The notes: generated by a model from the sequence alone, not told the origin. A stretch of 64,000 nucleotides of DNA from Alphaproteobacteria bacterium (GCA_965205265.1 CBDBGH010000003.1:3584001-3648000), one strand, 5' to 3'. Counted from the first letter of the stretch, positions 49,806 to 62,430 are shown. A program made the numbers and translations.

Positions 49806-49842
49806 CCGATTGTCAAAACAATCGGATTGTTTTGACAATCGG
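49806..49842. promoter_or_regulatory. Perfect 37-bp nested palindrome in a divergent intergenic region
   Basis: CCGATTGTCAAAACAATC-G-GATTGTTTTGACAATCGG; function unknown. Confidence 0.6.
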
Positions 49843-50206
49843 TTTGGCATAGGTTCAGCATCGGCAAACAGGTCAGCGGACGATGATCTCTGGGCGACAA
49901 GCAAAGGCCTGAATCGATCATCGCATCGGACGATCCCCCGGTAGAAACCGGCCCGGCCGCGGTGTGACGGACCCCGGCGGGCGAGGAGCCCGGCAGCAGC
50001 CGGGGACCCGCTGTGCGAGCCCTTCTTTCCCGCTCCGGCCGGAGCGCCGCTGACCGGCCCGTTTCCGGCCCGCCGGCCGCGGCGTTCACGCCGCCCCCGC
50101 TTGCCCTGACTTGTACCGGGTATCGCGAGAGCCTGCCCCATTCCCCCTGCAATGAACGAACGCCGCGGCCCTTCACGGGGGCGCGGCCTCCGAACGGAGT
50201 CCCGTC

Positions 50207-51412
50207 ATGCACATGCATAGCGTCAGGGTGCTCGACCTGCCCGATCACGACACCGACAGCGACACGATCCGGGAGCGTCTGGAGGCCTTCCTGACCGGTC
50301 TGCGCCAACGGCGCGCGCTGACGGTGTATTTCGATCTCGTCGAGGAGCGGAAGCGGCGCCATGCGCCGGACCCGCCGCCGCCTCTCACCCGGGACGACCT
50401 CACTGACGTGAAGGACGCGGTCGGGCTGCACAGCTTCAAGGCCCGTTCCGGGGGCCCCCCGTCTTGGCCGCGCCGGGGGGAGCCGCTCCCCTCCGACGCC
50501 CTGAGCCGCATCGGCCGCCGGGTGAAGACCCTTGTGGAACGCCGCAGGCGGGCGAACGGCCTCACCCATCTCAAGGAAAAGGACAAGGACCAGGCGAGGC
50601 GCATCCGCGCCCTGATAGGCGAGGTGCCGGCCCCGGGCCTGGAGTCCGAGGACCGGGCGGACGAGATCGCGGCCGCCCTGCACGAGGAGATGCCCTGGAT
50701 GGCCCCGGCGACGGAGGCGGCCTGGCATGCCTGCCGGCGCAGCGGACGCCTGGGCGAGCCGGTGCGGCTCGGGCCGATGCTGCTGGTCGGTCCGCCCGGC
50801 ATCGGCAAGACCCATTGGGCCCGCCGGATCTCCGACAGGCTCGGCACCCCCTCCTGCACCATCGACGCCTCGCAGGGGCTTGCCTCCTTCTCCCTTGTCG
50901 GCACGGAGAGCGGCTGGTCCAGCTCCCAGCCCGGGCGCCCGCTCGAGACCATGCTCCAGCATCGCATCGCCAATCCCGTGATTGTAGTCGATGAGGTGTG
51001 CAAGGCCAGCGCCCCGCGGTCGTCAGCCGGCTTCTCGGCGGCCTTCTTGCCGGCGCTGTTGGGCCTGCTGGAGCCGGAAAGCGCGCGCGAGTGGACCTGC
51101 CCCTTCTTCAAGGTGAAGCTGGACATGCGCAATCTCAGCTGGGTGATGCTGGCCAATACGCTCGCCACCGTGCCGGAGCCGGTGCTGAGCCGCGCCCACG
51201 TGCTGCCGATCCCGGATGTGACGCCGGCGCAGTTGACGGATTTCGCCAGGCGCCGGGCCGCGGCCCTGGGGCTGGAGCCGCCGGCGGTGGACGCGGTGCT
51301 CGAGACCCTCGACCGCGCCCCCGCCCTGCTGCCGCGCCGCCTCTCCCTGCGTGATGTGAACCGCGTATTGGAGCGCGCCGTCGAACTCGCCGCGCGTCCG
51401 ACGATGCACTGA
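50207..51412 (+). CDS. Stand-alone Lon-like AAA+ ATPase (no protease domain)
   Basis: LLVGPPGIGKT, W.SSQPG, NPVIVVDEVCK, VPEPVLSR. Confidence 0.85.
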   Translation: MHMHSVRVLDLPDHDTDSDTIRERLEAFLTGLRQRRALTVYFDLVEERKRRHAPDPPPPLTRDDLTDVKDAVGLHSFKARSGGPPSWPRRGEPLPSDALSRIGRRVKTLVERRRRANGLTHLKEKDKDQARRIRALIGEVPAPGLESEDRADEIAAALHEEMPWMAPATEAAWHACRRSGRLGEPVRLGPMLLVGPPGIGKTHWARRISDRLGTPSCTIDASQGLASFSLVGTESGWSSSQPGRPLETMLQHRIANPVIVVDEVCKASAPRSSAGFSAAFLPALLGLLEPESAREWTCPFFKVKLDMRNLSWVMLANTLATVPEPVLSRAHVLPIPDVTPAQLTDFARRRAAALGLEPPAVDAVLETLDRAPALLPRRLSLRDVNRVLERAVELAARPTMH

Positions 51413-51432
51413 ACCCCCGGAAGGAGACGAAC

Positions 51433-51675
51433 ATGTTCAAACTGCTCGACGGCCTTTCCGCGCTGGCGAAGCTCCCGTTCCCCGTGTTACTCGCGGTCGC
51501 GCTGGTTCTGGCCGCTGCGGGCCTCGTCCCGATCGGCTGGCATGTGCTGTGGTGCATCGAGACGGCCGCGCAAGGCTGGCAGTCCCTGGCCTTGCTGGTC
51601 GCCGGTCTGGCCATCCCGCCGCTCGGCTGGGCCCATGGCATGTCGCTGCTGCTGGGTTTCGGCGGATGGCTGTAG
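51433..51675 (+). CDS. Small membrane protein
   Basis: AAGGAG RBS; two to three hydrophobic segments. Confidence 0.65.
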   Translation: MFKLLDGLSALAKLPFPVLLAVALVLAAAGLVPIGWHVLWCIETAAQGWQSLALLVAGLAIPPLGWAHGMSLLLGFGGWL

Positions 51676-52724
51676 GTCCGGCAGAGTCGCGCGGCATCCC
51701 GGAGGAGCTGCGCGCCCGGGCGCGGGCCGCCTTGGCGGCCGACCGCAATGTCCGGGCGGTGCTGCTCTACGGCTCGCGGGCGCGCGGCGACCACCGCCCG
51801 GAAAGCGACTGGGACATTGCGCTCGTCACCCGCCGGGGCGGCTGGCGGCTCTGCTGGCGGCCGCCCGCGGGCTGGGGGGACGGGCCTGGGTTCCGGACGC
51901 CCTGGTTCCTGCGCCTGCCGGAGGGCGAGTTGCGGCGGAAGAAGGATGCGGTGGGCCATCCGGCCTTCGCGCTCGCGCGCGACGGGATTGTGCTGGCGGG
52001 TTCCTGGCGCCGTCCGGTTCCGGGACCGCCGCAGCCGGTGGGAGCGGACGACCATGCCCGCATCCTCGACATCGCCCTTCGCTGTCTCGGGCGGGCCGTC
52101 CACGGCGCCGGGGCGCTGCTGACGACGGACCGGAAACACGCCCTGCGATACGACGACTGCGACTACGCGCGCTGGGTGTTCCACACGACGTGTTTCCGGA
52201 TTTCGCGGGACAGCGGGTGGGCGGCCTCCGGGCTTGCCGTGGCCGCCCTGGCGCGGTTCGCGAAGCCCGGCGCGTGCAAGCATCCGCCCGAGCGGCTGGC
52301 CCGCTCCATATCCGACTCCGTGCTGGCCGCCGAACTTGCCCGGCTCGGCGGCCGGATCGTCGAAGAGGGTGCGGCCGGGGAGGAGGCCGGCGGCCCGGAG
52401 GACCTGCGGGCGGCGTTCGTGCGCATCGCGCGGATTGCGGAACGCCTGCCGGCGGAACTTCTGGAGGCTGCGCGCGCCCCGCAGCTCCGGCGCAAGGCGC
52501 CCGGCTTCGCGCTCCGGCAGGTCCGGACCCTGCGGTGGATGGCCACGCTGTTGCGCGAGGCCCGCATGGAAGCGGACGCCGGGGATCCGGGGGGGCAGGC
52601 GGATTTCCCGGTGAGCGCGGAAGTGCTGGCGGACTACGACCTGATGGCGCCCGCGCTGGAGGCGGCGGCGCGCGGCCTGATGGCGGTCCCGCGCCTCCTG
52701 AAGCACGACATGGGGGGTCCGTAA
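51666..52724 (+). CDS. Minimal nucleotidyltransferase (MNT) domain protein with helical C-terminal region
   Basis: LYGSRARGDHRPESDWDIALV = Pol-beta GS..DxD motif. Confidence 0.75.
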   Translation: MAVGPAESRGIPEELRARARAALAADRNVRAVLLYGSRARGDHRPESDWDIALVTRRGGWRLCWRPPAGWGDGPGFRTPWFLRLPEGELRRKKDAVGHPAFALARDGIVLAGSWRRPVPGPPQPVGADDHARILDIALRCLGRAVHGAGALLTTDRKHALRYDDCDYARWVFHTTCFRISRDSGWAASGLAVAALARFAKPGACKHPPERLARSISDSVLAAELARLGGRIVEEGAAGEEAGGPEDLRAAFVRIARIAERLPAELLEAARAPQLRRKAPGFALRQVRTLRWMATLLREARMEADAGDPGGQADFPVSAEVLADYDLMAPALEAAARGLMAVPRLLKHDMGGP

Positions 52725-53190
52725 TGCTCACGGTTGCCGGAGACATCTACATGAAGAAAACAGGACCCCTGCCCGCCGCGACGCAGATCCTGGACGCCTG
52801 CCTGTCCGGGGCGGTATCCCGCGAGGAGGCGGTGGACCTGCTCCGCATGTCGGGCTATGCGGAACTGCTGAACGCGCTCGCGGACAGGGGCGCCGCCTCG
52901 CCGGAGCCGCCTTCCGGGCCGGTCGGGTTCGAGCTTGCCGGGGCGATGCCGGTCCTGCGCATGCTGGAAGCGGCCGGCCACAGGGCCGGGCTGGCGCCGC
53001 CCCGGGCGGCGGAGCGCGAGATCGAGGTGCAGGCCGCCCTGTTCAGCTGCGTCCGGGGCAAGCGCGCCACGCTCCTGATTGCCGAGGACGCGCCGCTCCA
53101 GAGCTTCCGGGCGGCCGGGCGACTGGACCTGCTGCTCCGGCTCGGCGCCCGGGTCCTCGTCCCGGACGGCGTTCTGGATGCGGTTGCTGG
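52724..53190 (+). pseudogene. Antitoxin-like N-terminus fused to a truncated PIN (DUF3368-like) domain
   Basis: G.VSREEA..LL...YAELL, then LLIAEDAPL.S...GRLDLL....VLVPD.V; protein-like sequence ends near 53190. Confidence 0.45.
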
Positions 53191-53198
53191 AGGTCTAA

Positions 53199-53582
53199 GC
53201 CATCCGCGACTGGGAGTCGTCCGAAGGCGACGGCTTGCTGACTACAGGCGAAACCGCACGCCGCCATGCCCGGGACCGCGCCTTCATCGAGGCGGAGATC
53301 GCGGCGGCCCACGAGGCCGGGCTGGAGGCCGCGGTCATCACCCACCATGCGCCGAGCCCCGCGTCGATCCACCACCGCTATGCGGACAGCCCGCTCAACC
53401 CGGCCTTCGTTTCCGACCTGGACGCGATGATCGTGCATCTGCGCCCGGCGCTCTGGATCCACGGCCATGTCCACCACGCCATCAGCGCGACGGTCGGGCG
53501 GACGCATGTCGTCGCCAATCCGCTCGGCATCGGCCCCGCGGAAGAGGCGGATTTCACGCCGGACCTCGTCGTCGAACTGTGA
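53199..53582 (+). pseudogene. C-terminal half of a metallophosphoesterase
   Basis: VITHHAP, AFVSDL, LWIHGHVH, ANPLG; N-terminal DxH/GD/GNH motifs absent; TAA at 53196. Confidence 0.75.
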
Positions 53583-53592
53583 AGGGACCCTC

Positions 53593-54091
53593 ATGATGAC
53601 CGCTGCAACCGCCAGATTTTCGCCTGTCGTGCGGCTCGGGCCGAACCCCGGGAAGGGCCGCGACCTAGTCGTGGGCGACGTTCACGGGCATTTCGCGACG
53701 CTGCGCCATGCGCTCGCCGAACTGGAATTGGGCGCGGGCGACCGGCTCTTCTCGGTCGGCGACCTGGTCGACCGCGGCCCGGACCCCTTCCAGGCCCTGT
53801 CATGGATCGCCGGGGGCCCGCCCGATCCGGGGGACGGTTCCGCGGCCCGCTTCGACCTTGTCATCCGCGGCAATCACGAACAGCTGATGCTCGACGCCCT
53901 GGCCTCGGAAGCCTCGCCGGACTACGAGCCGCTCTGGCCGACCGGGCGGGACCTCTGGTACGACAATGGCGGCTGCTGGTGGCGGAACCGGGAGCGTCGG
54001 CCGAAGCCGCCGGCCGAGGCCTGGACGGCGGCCCTGGCGGCGCTGCCCTTTGCGGCGCGCATCGAGACCCCGCGCGGCCCGGTCGGCCTGG
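53593..54091 (+). pseudogene. Ser/Thr protein phosphatase (lambda NinI/PphA-like), 5' part, interrupted by IS21
   Basis: GDVHG, GDLVDRG, RGNHE; GLV|HA split by the IS. Confidence 0.85.
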
Positions 54092-54258
54092 TGCGGCGCG
54101 TCAATCAAGCTGAGACGTTTGCGTCAATCAGGATGAGACGGGGGAAGGCGGCGGCCTGGAACGCAGGGAGGGCGTAGCCCGACCGGAGTTCCGGGCCGCC
54201 GGCTCGAAAAATTTCCCCCGGGCCTTCTGGCGGCCAGGGCCGGCCGGGCGAACGGTGA

Positions 54259-56627
<2,369 letters not shown>

Positions 56628-56890
56628 GCCGCCGCCTGCTCAGGTAGAGCGGCCACGACAATCAGGGCCCGCGGGGATCGTCTCCGCGCGCCGTCTCTTC
56701 TCCGACCCGACGGCCTGCCGCGACAATCAAAACCATTCCCGAAAACACTGTTTGTCGCGCCGCGACAATCAAAACCGGAAACCGCTTGCAATCCACCCCC
56801 CGCGCGGCAATCATCAACTCGCCGCTGCCGCCGGGAATCTCATCCTGATTGACGCGCAGCTCTCACCCAGATTGTCGCGCCATAGCCTGG

Positions 56891-57149
56891 TGCATGCCTG
56901 CCCGCTCTTCCCCTCCTGGGAGGAGCTGGAAGCGGCGCTCGCGGTTATCTCCATACCGGGGCGGTGGCGGGCGTGCGCGCGGTGGTGACCGGCCACACGC
57001 CGGTGCAAGAGCCCGTCTGGCGGGCGAATGTGCTCGATATCGACACCGGCATCGCCAGGGCGGGCCTGCGCCGCCTCACCATTGCGCGCATCGACAGCGC
57101 GGAGATCGGCACATGGACTTTCGACCGGGTCCCGGAGGACAGGAGGTGA
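56891..57149 (+). pseudogene. Ser/Thr phosphatase 3' part (frameshifted)
   Basis: VHACP... continues the 53593 frame; GHTP...IDTG lies in a different frame. Confidence 0.75.
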
Positions 57150-57169
57150 GCGCAATAGCGGGGCGGCGC

Positions 57170-58933
57170 ATGACGAAGCCATCCTGGCGCTTCTACGGGC
57201 GCGAGGCGGAGATGGCCCGGCTCAGGGCCGCCTTCCTCGCCCCGCAATTCGGGCTGGCCGCCATCCGCGGCCGCCGGGTCGTCGGCAGGTCGCGCATCCT
57301 CCGGGAGACCGTACGGAGCCTGCCGGAAGACAGGCCGGCCTTCCTGTTCCGCGCGAAGCCCTGGGACAGTCCGGAGGACCTGCAGGGGGCTCTGCAGGAC
57401 GCGCTGCGCCGGGCCTGCGCGAAGCGGCCCGGCATCGGGCGGCCGCTCGACAGCGCCGGCAACCCGCTCCGGGACCTGCCGCAGGTCCTCGAAAGCCTGC
57501 TGCGGCGGGGCGTCGGCGTGGCGATCGACGACGCGCACTACCTCCTGTCGGACAGGCTGCCCAGTCTCGTCCCGGAGATCGCCGCCATGGCCCGCAGGCT
57601 CCGGCGGGAGGCGCAGGGCGCGGGGTCCGGACTGCTGTCCGACCGCAGGCGGGGCGCGCTGGTCCTCGCCGGCTGGGACCATCTCCGGATGCGGGACCTG
57701 CTCGCCGCCTTCGGCCCGGCCGTCAGCATCTCCATGCCGCTGGAGCCCTGGCCGGCCGCGACGGTGCTCGCCGTCGCGCGCGACCGGGGCTGGCTGGGCT
57801 GGCCGCGCCGCCTGGCGCTGGTCAGGGCCGCATATGGCGGCATGCCGCTGGACTGGGCGCGGTTCTCGGGCGACAGGATGGCCGACTTCGCGGCATGGCC
57901 GGACGACGGCAAGTGGCGGCGGGCCTTCGCCGAGCGCATCGGCGAGAGCGTGACGTCCTGGGGCAATGTCGCGGCCCGCGCGGCATCCGAGCCGCCAGAG
58001 ACCTTGCGGATCCTCGAACATATCGCCCGCTCTCCGGAGGGGGAGGCCGGCGCCGGGGCGCTCGGCGCCGCCTTCCCCGACATGGCGCCGGACCGCCTGG
58101 AGGCCCGGCTCGAGGAGCTGTGCGACAGGCAGTTGCGGCTGGAGACGGTTCCCGCCTTTCCGGGCGCGGAGGGCGGAGCGTCGGAGGAGCGCTGGCGGAT
58201 CTACGATCCGGAGTTCCGCTTCTGGGTCGATGCCGGCATGCCGCGCATCTTCAATGAATCGATACGGCGCTATAGCCCGCCGCATTCCGCAACCCGGCTC
58301 CTGGCCGGGCGCATGGAAGCCATGGAGAAAGTCGCCCTTGCGCAGTTCAAGCGCGACTGCGGGGACGACTGGACCGAGCCGGTCAAGCGGGACCGCCTCC
58401 CGATCCGGGGTAGCAGCCGCTCTCCCGATCCGGAGGTCGAGAGGCGCGCCTTCGCCTTCGACGTGGCCGCGCCCGGCGTGCTGGAAGGCTTGCTGATCCC
58501 CTATGGCGTCCCCATCCGCGTCGGCGACAGGTTCGAGGAGGTCTTCGAGCCCGGTTCCCTCGTAGTGAACGGCCTGCTCGTGGCTGTCCCGCCGGAGCTG
58601 GCCCCGACGCGTCCCCAAGGCAAGTTGAGGAAGGCTCTCCCGCGGACCCGCCCGCTCGCCCGGCCCGGACAGGGCCTGGAGCTGCATGACGGCCCCGACG
58701 GCCTGCGTGCGACGGTAACCCTGCCGGACACGATCGACGGGCGCCGGGTCCGGGACCGCGTCGAGGCGGGCGAACTGACGGCGTTCAGCGCCGCGTTCCA
58801 GGCGCTCGAGGAGGAATGGCCCGCCCCCGACCGGCGCATCGTCCGCCGGGCGCTGCTCGTGGGACTCTCCTTGGTGGGCAAGCCGAAGCAGGAGGAGGGC
58901 AGGTCATGCCGTTCGTTCCCGTGGTCGATCTGA
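57170..58933 (+). CDS. Archaeal-type AAA ATPase (degenerate P-loop) fused to a C-terminal HK97 prohead-protease domain
   Basis: FYGREAE..L, GRRVVGRS, VAIDD, GGMP, I.DP.F.FW; C-terminal ~150 aa LEG..IPYG, F.EVF.PGS, RPLAR, GL...LPDT..GR, FSA.F, LSLV..P. Confidence 0.7.
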   Translation: MTKPSWRFYGREAEMARLRAAFLAPQFGLAAIRGRRVVGRSRILRETVRSLPEDRPAFLFRAKPWDSPEDLQGALQDALRRACAKRPGIGRPLDSAGNPLRDLPQVLESLLRRGVGVAIDDAHYLLSDRLPSLVPEIAAMARRLRREAQGAGSGLLSDRRRGALVLAGWDHLRMRDLLAAFGPAVSISMPLEPWPAATVLAVARDRGWLGWPRRLALVRAAYGGMPLDWARFSGDRMADFAAWPDDGKWRRAFAERIGESVTSWGNVAARAASEPPETLRILEHIARSPEGEAGAGALGAAFPDMAPDRLEARLEELCDRQLRLETVPAFPGAEGGASEERWRIYDPEFRFWVDAGMPRIFNESIRRYSPPHSATRLLAGRMEAMEKVALAQFKRDCGDDWTEPVKRDRLPIRGSSRSPDPEVERRAFAFDVAAPGVLEGLLIPYGVPIRVGDRFEEVFEPGSLVVNGLLVAVPPELAPTRPQGKLRKALPRTRPLARPGQGLELHDGPDGLRATVTLPDTIDGRRVRDRVEAGELTAFSAAFQALEEEWPAPDRRIVRRALLVGLSLVGKPKQEEGRSCRSFPWSI

Positions 58934-59337
58934 CGGACCCCGAACGCGAACCCTCGGATGAGGAACTGGAAGCCTTGATGCAGTCGGTTTGCGAGAAGGT
59001 CGTCGAAAACAATCGCCGGGCCCGGGAGCGGTTCCTTGCGGACCTCAAGGACAGCATCGCCCGGGCGGCGCAGGGCGGGACAGACCCTGTGCCGGACGCC
59101 GTCAGGCGCGCCGACGCGGCCCGCCAGGCAAAGCCGGAGACGACAATGACCGGAACAGCGAAGCCCGACCATGAACCCGATTGGGCCTATCTCTGCGAGA
59201 ACTGCAGCCAGCCCATGCTCGCCGGCGACGAATATACCGTCTGGTGGGAAGGCATGTGGCAATGCTGGGCCTGCGCCAAACCGAAATGCGGGGACGCCGA
59301 ACCGTTGTCCCTGGCCGAATGGAAGGCCGGGCGATGA
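58906..59337 (+). CDS. Hypothetical protein with C-terminal CxxC...CxxC zinc finger (possible second start at 59146)
   Basis: GGAGGAGG RBS; EPSDEEL..LM; CENC...CWAC. Confidence 0.55.
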   Translation: MPFVPVVDLTDPEREPSDEELEALMQSVCEKVVENNRRARERFLADLKDSIARAAQGGTDPVPDAVRRADAARQAKPETTMTGTAKPDHEPDWAYLCENCSQPMLAGDEYTVWWEGMWQCWACAKPKCGDAEPLSLAEWKAGR

Positions 59338-59453
59338 AAGACCGGAGACGCTGACATGGCGGACGGCGCCGAACCGCAATACCGCGCGAAACTCCGGCGC
59401 CCCGCCCTGCACCCCGGCCGTGAACCGTTGAGCGAGAGGCGCGATCCCGGTTC

Positions 59454-59714
59454 TCAGCAGGTCCCTCCATCCGGTCCGGACCGGTAACCCGGTCCGGGAT
59501 CCGGCGTGCCATGCCATGGCGGGGGCGGTTTGCGGAAGAACCGCAGGCCGCAGAGTTCGAGATGCGCAAGAATCTTTCCGGCGAGAGGTTTGAAGCGGTC
59601 GTGATCGCCGGGCCTGTAGCGCTTCGGCCACAGCTTTTCGCCTTTCCGGAGCGCCATCTCGATGTCGAAAAGGACCTCGTCCCGCGGAACTGGCCGGCTG
59701 TCTTCCCCGTGCAT
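59454..59714 (-). CDS. Hypothetical protein (86 aa), probably SOS-regulated
   Basis: GGAG RBS, promoter and LexA box upstream; a paralogous start sits at 62645. Confidence 0.6.
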   Translation of the reverse strand: MHGEDSRPVPRDEVLFDIEMALRKGEKLWPKRYRPGDHDRFKPLAGKILAHLELCGLRFFRKPPPPWHGTPDPGPGYRSGPDGGTC

Positions 59715-59800
59715 GAAGCGTCTCCCCGAATGGAACATTATAGCAACATATAGCCTGTCGAGGCGCAGGGGCCAAGCATGCGGCCGGGCTGACGGCGTCC
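59695..59800. repeat. ~110-bp direct repeat, copy 1 (SOS promoter plus gene start)
   Basis: Similar to 62625-62730. Confidence 0.85.
59733..59747 (-). promoter_or_regulatory. Alphaproteobacterial LexA box
   Basis: GAAC-N7-CAAC just downstream of TTGGCC-17-TATATG on the minus strand. Confidence 0.65.
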
Positions 59801-59971
59801 GGTCCGGGGTCGCCCTCATGTCCTGCATGGCTTCTGTTGTCCGGCGCGCAGATTGGACGCCGCTCAGTCCTGCAACATGTCGATCGCCGTGACTCCAAGG
59901 AATCAAGCAACACGTATGGTGCAGCCTCCCGATCGGGTACGCTTGCCCACCCGCAAACGAGGAGCACCGAT

Positions 59972-60328
59972 ATGCCCATCGGCACCCGCTACGTCTTCAT
60001 CGCAAGCATGGATGTGGACCCGGAGAAGGAGGATCTGTTCAACGAAGTCTATGACACCGAGCATGTGCCCTACTTGCTGGAGGTGCCGGGCGTGATAGCG
60101 GTCACGCGCCTGAAGGCGCTGGACTTCGAGAGGTCGATCGGCGGCGAGCTGCAGTCGGTGCCACGCGGCGAGACCCCGACATGGCACGCCATCTACGAGA
60201 TCGAAAGCCCCGACGTTTTGAAGAGCGCGGCGTGGGCGGAGGCCGCCGAGCGTGGCCGCTGGCCCGGCGAGGTGCGTCCGCACACCCGCAACCGGCGCCA
60301 TTCGCTCCAGCGGGTGACGGGGGCGTAG
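59972..60328 (+). CDS. Small alpha/beta-barrel protein (EthD/DUF4286-like)
   Basis: GAGGAG RBS; MDVDPE.E..FN..YD.EHVP.LL.VPG, AIYE. Confidence 0.75.
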   Translation: MPIGTRYVFIASMDVDPEKEDLFNEVYDTEHVPYLLEVPGVIAVTRLKALDFERSIGGELQSVPRGETPTWHAIYEIESPDVLKSAAWAEAAERGRWPGEVRPHTRNRRHSLQRVTGA

Positions 60329-60501
60329 CAGCCCGCGTACCGAATCCTCGAAGGTCCGCGGATCTCGAGGCGTCCGCGTTCGTCGCAGCGGAGCAACGTG
60401 GTGATGGTGCAGATCACCGGGCCAGCGCCCACGTGTCGTTAAGAGCGTATGTCCTTCAGCGGCAGGCTTGTGATGGGGTGGTCCGCCCTACACTGGCGGC
60501 A

Positions 60502-60625
60502 TTCAACGAGGGTTGCTCGGCGCGCCGAGCAACAATCCACAAGACCGGCCGGGTCACGGGCGCGATCCGCCATGGCCACCTGTCGATCGAGGAAGGCGGC
60601 AAGGTCGCCGGCGACGTCGCCGCGG
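60502..60625 (+). pseudogene. Bactofilin C-terminal fragment
   Basis: TIHKTGRVTGAIRHGHLSIEEGGKVAGDV resembles the bactofilin beta-helix end; no start or N-terminal half. Confidence 0.45.
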
Positions 60626-60699
60626 CAGATGGCGACGTCGCTGTTGTCCAAGCCCAACCCAGTTACGGTCAGGAATACAAAAGCGTCGGAAAAAGCCGA

Positions 60700-62430
60700 C
60701 TACATCAGGCACATCTCGCTGCTGGGGCCGAGATCGTCTTTCGCTTCGGCGATCAGGCCGGCCCAGTCGGCCGGCAGATCGACCGGTTGACCGGCGACGA
60801 TCGCCGACCACCCCTGCATCCAGAAATTATGCGTCGGATGCGCGCCGCCAGCGACGGCCAGGATGATCTGCGACGGATCGCGGCAGATTGCCCAGGGATC
60901 GTCGTTGGCGGTGGCGGCGGTGTTCGGGTTCGACGCGTCGTCGATCCACTGCCACAGGCCGGTCCGCTTGACCTCTTCGTGCGGGATCCTGGAATGCTCC
61001 CACAGGAAGGCCTTGACCTTTTCCTTGGTCCAGCCGAGATCGGCCAACTGCCTGGCGACGATCCGCGGCACCAGCAAGGCGCCCGGCGTGCCATTCCAAT
61101 GGCCTTGCATGTAATGCCCGCTGGGGCTGGCAAGATAAGACGCGACGCGATGCAGGCCCTGCTCCGCCTCCTCTTCCTGCGTTTCCTTGCCGACGCCGCG
61201 GCGCATGACGTTCGACGCGCCGGTCGCGATATAGACTGTCACCGCATTCTCGCCGCGTTTGGCATGCCCGAAATCGACGCTGACCGGGTCCCAGCCCTCA
61301 GGCAGCCCGTCCTCGTCCTCGGCGATGACCACGTTCGTGTAGCGCATGGCGCCGAAGATCGCCATCGTGCCCACACCGGGCAGCGCGCCGCCGACATTCT
61401 GCTGGATCAGGCGCAGCGCGCGGCCGATCGAGGCGCCCGCCGGATGCTGCGGATCGGGACCGAGCAGGCCGAAGCCGGAATTGAGCCGGATCTCCTTCGC
61501 CATCGGCCCGTTGACGATGACCACCGGGAAGGTGCTGCCCGAGGTCGCCTGGATCTTGTCGTGTTCCAGCCCCGGATCGATCAGTCCCGCCGTTGCCGCG
61601 ATCAGCACCGGCAGATACTCCGGCCGGCCGCCGGCCATTGCCAGCGAAATCGCGATCGTCTCGATCGTCGCCACGCCGCCGCGCGGCATGACCTTGCCGA
61701 TGACATGATCCCGCGGCAAATCGGTACCCTTCAGGATCCAGTCGACCCGTTCGACTGTCGGTGCGTTGACCGGCAGCCCATCGCCCCAGCTGCTGGTGAG
61801 GAACAGGCGGTTCATCTTGTCGAGCGCCGCTTCGTAGCCATTGGCTTCGATGCGCATTCTCGACGGCTCCTGCAGTCCGGTTTCGGTCGTCGCCGACTGC
61901 CAGTCGGTCAACCCCTCGCCAAACTTCCCGATCGCGCACTCGATCGGCGTCAGGTCACTGCCGACCAGGAACGGGTCAATCGGGAAGACCACCATGGCGG
62001 CGTCCTGGCCGAAACCCAGACCGGACACCGCATTGCGGACGACGCCCACGAAGTCCTCGCGGGCCAGGGTAACGGTGGGAATGCCCCTGCTTTCAATTCG
62101 AGCGGCAACACGGCCGCATGCTGTCGCGCAGGCGCCTCAAGAGGCGTTGCCGACAATGACCGCTTCGGCGCCGCGCGCCACGACCATGTCGACGGTTTCA
62201 TCCGTATCGATCTGCTGCGTTCCCATCGGGAACTCGGTCTCCGGAATGAATACGGCATCCGGATAGCGTTCCTGCAGCTTCTCGCGTACCAGCGGCAGTA
62301 TGCGGTGCGCCTGCCACATATCGTCGGACAGAAAGGCGACGGTCTTGCCGGCCAGCGTGTCAAGCCGCGGAGCGTGCAGGTTGATCACCTCTGTCGCTCC
62401 CGTCGGATCAAAGATTTCCAAGGCATCCAT
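60700..62430 (-). CDS. UGSC-family selenoprotein (576 aa, Sec98 at TGA 62139-62137, UGAC motif) fused to a DGLP domain
   Basis: ORFs 62137..62430 and 60700..62049 are in one frame separated only by TGA: VIVGNAS-U-GACATAC...ESRGIPTV; SECIS-like hairpin follows. Confidence 0.85.
62102..62127 (-). promoter_or_regulatory. Bacterial SECIS-like hairpin
   Basis: GCGACAGCATG-CGGC-CGTGTTGCCGC; 11-position stem with one mismatch; loop 20 nt after the UGA with G at loop position 2. Confidence 0.7.

Noticed and set aside
49806-49842. Protelomerase telRL site or intrinsic terminator
   Set aside because: No protelomerase gene in the window, an odd 1-nt centre, and it lies between divergent 5' ends rather than after a gene.
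60700-62430. Two separate genes or a nonsense pseudogene
   Set aside because: The TGA falls exactly in a UxxC motif with a SECIS-like hairpin behind it.
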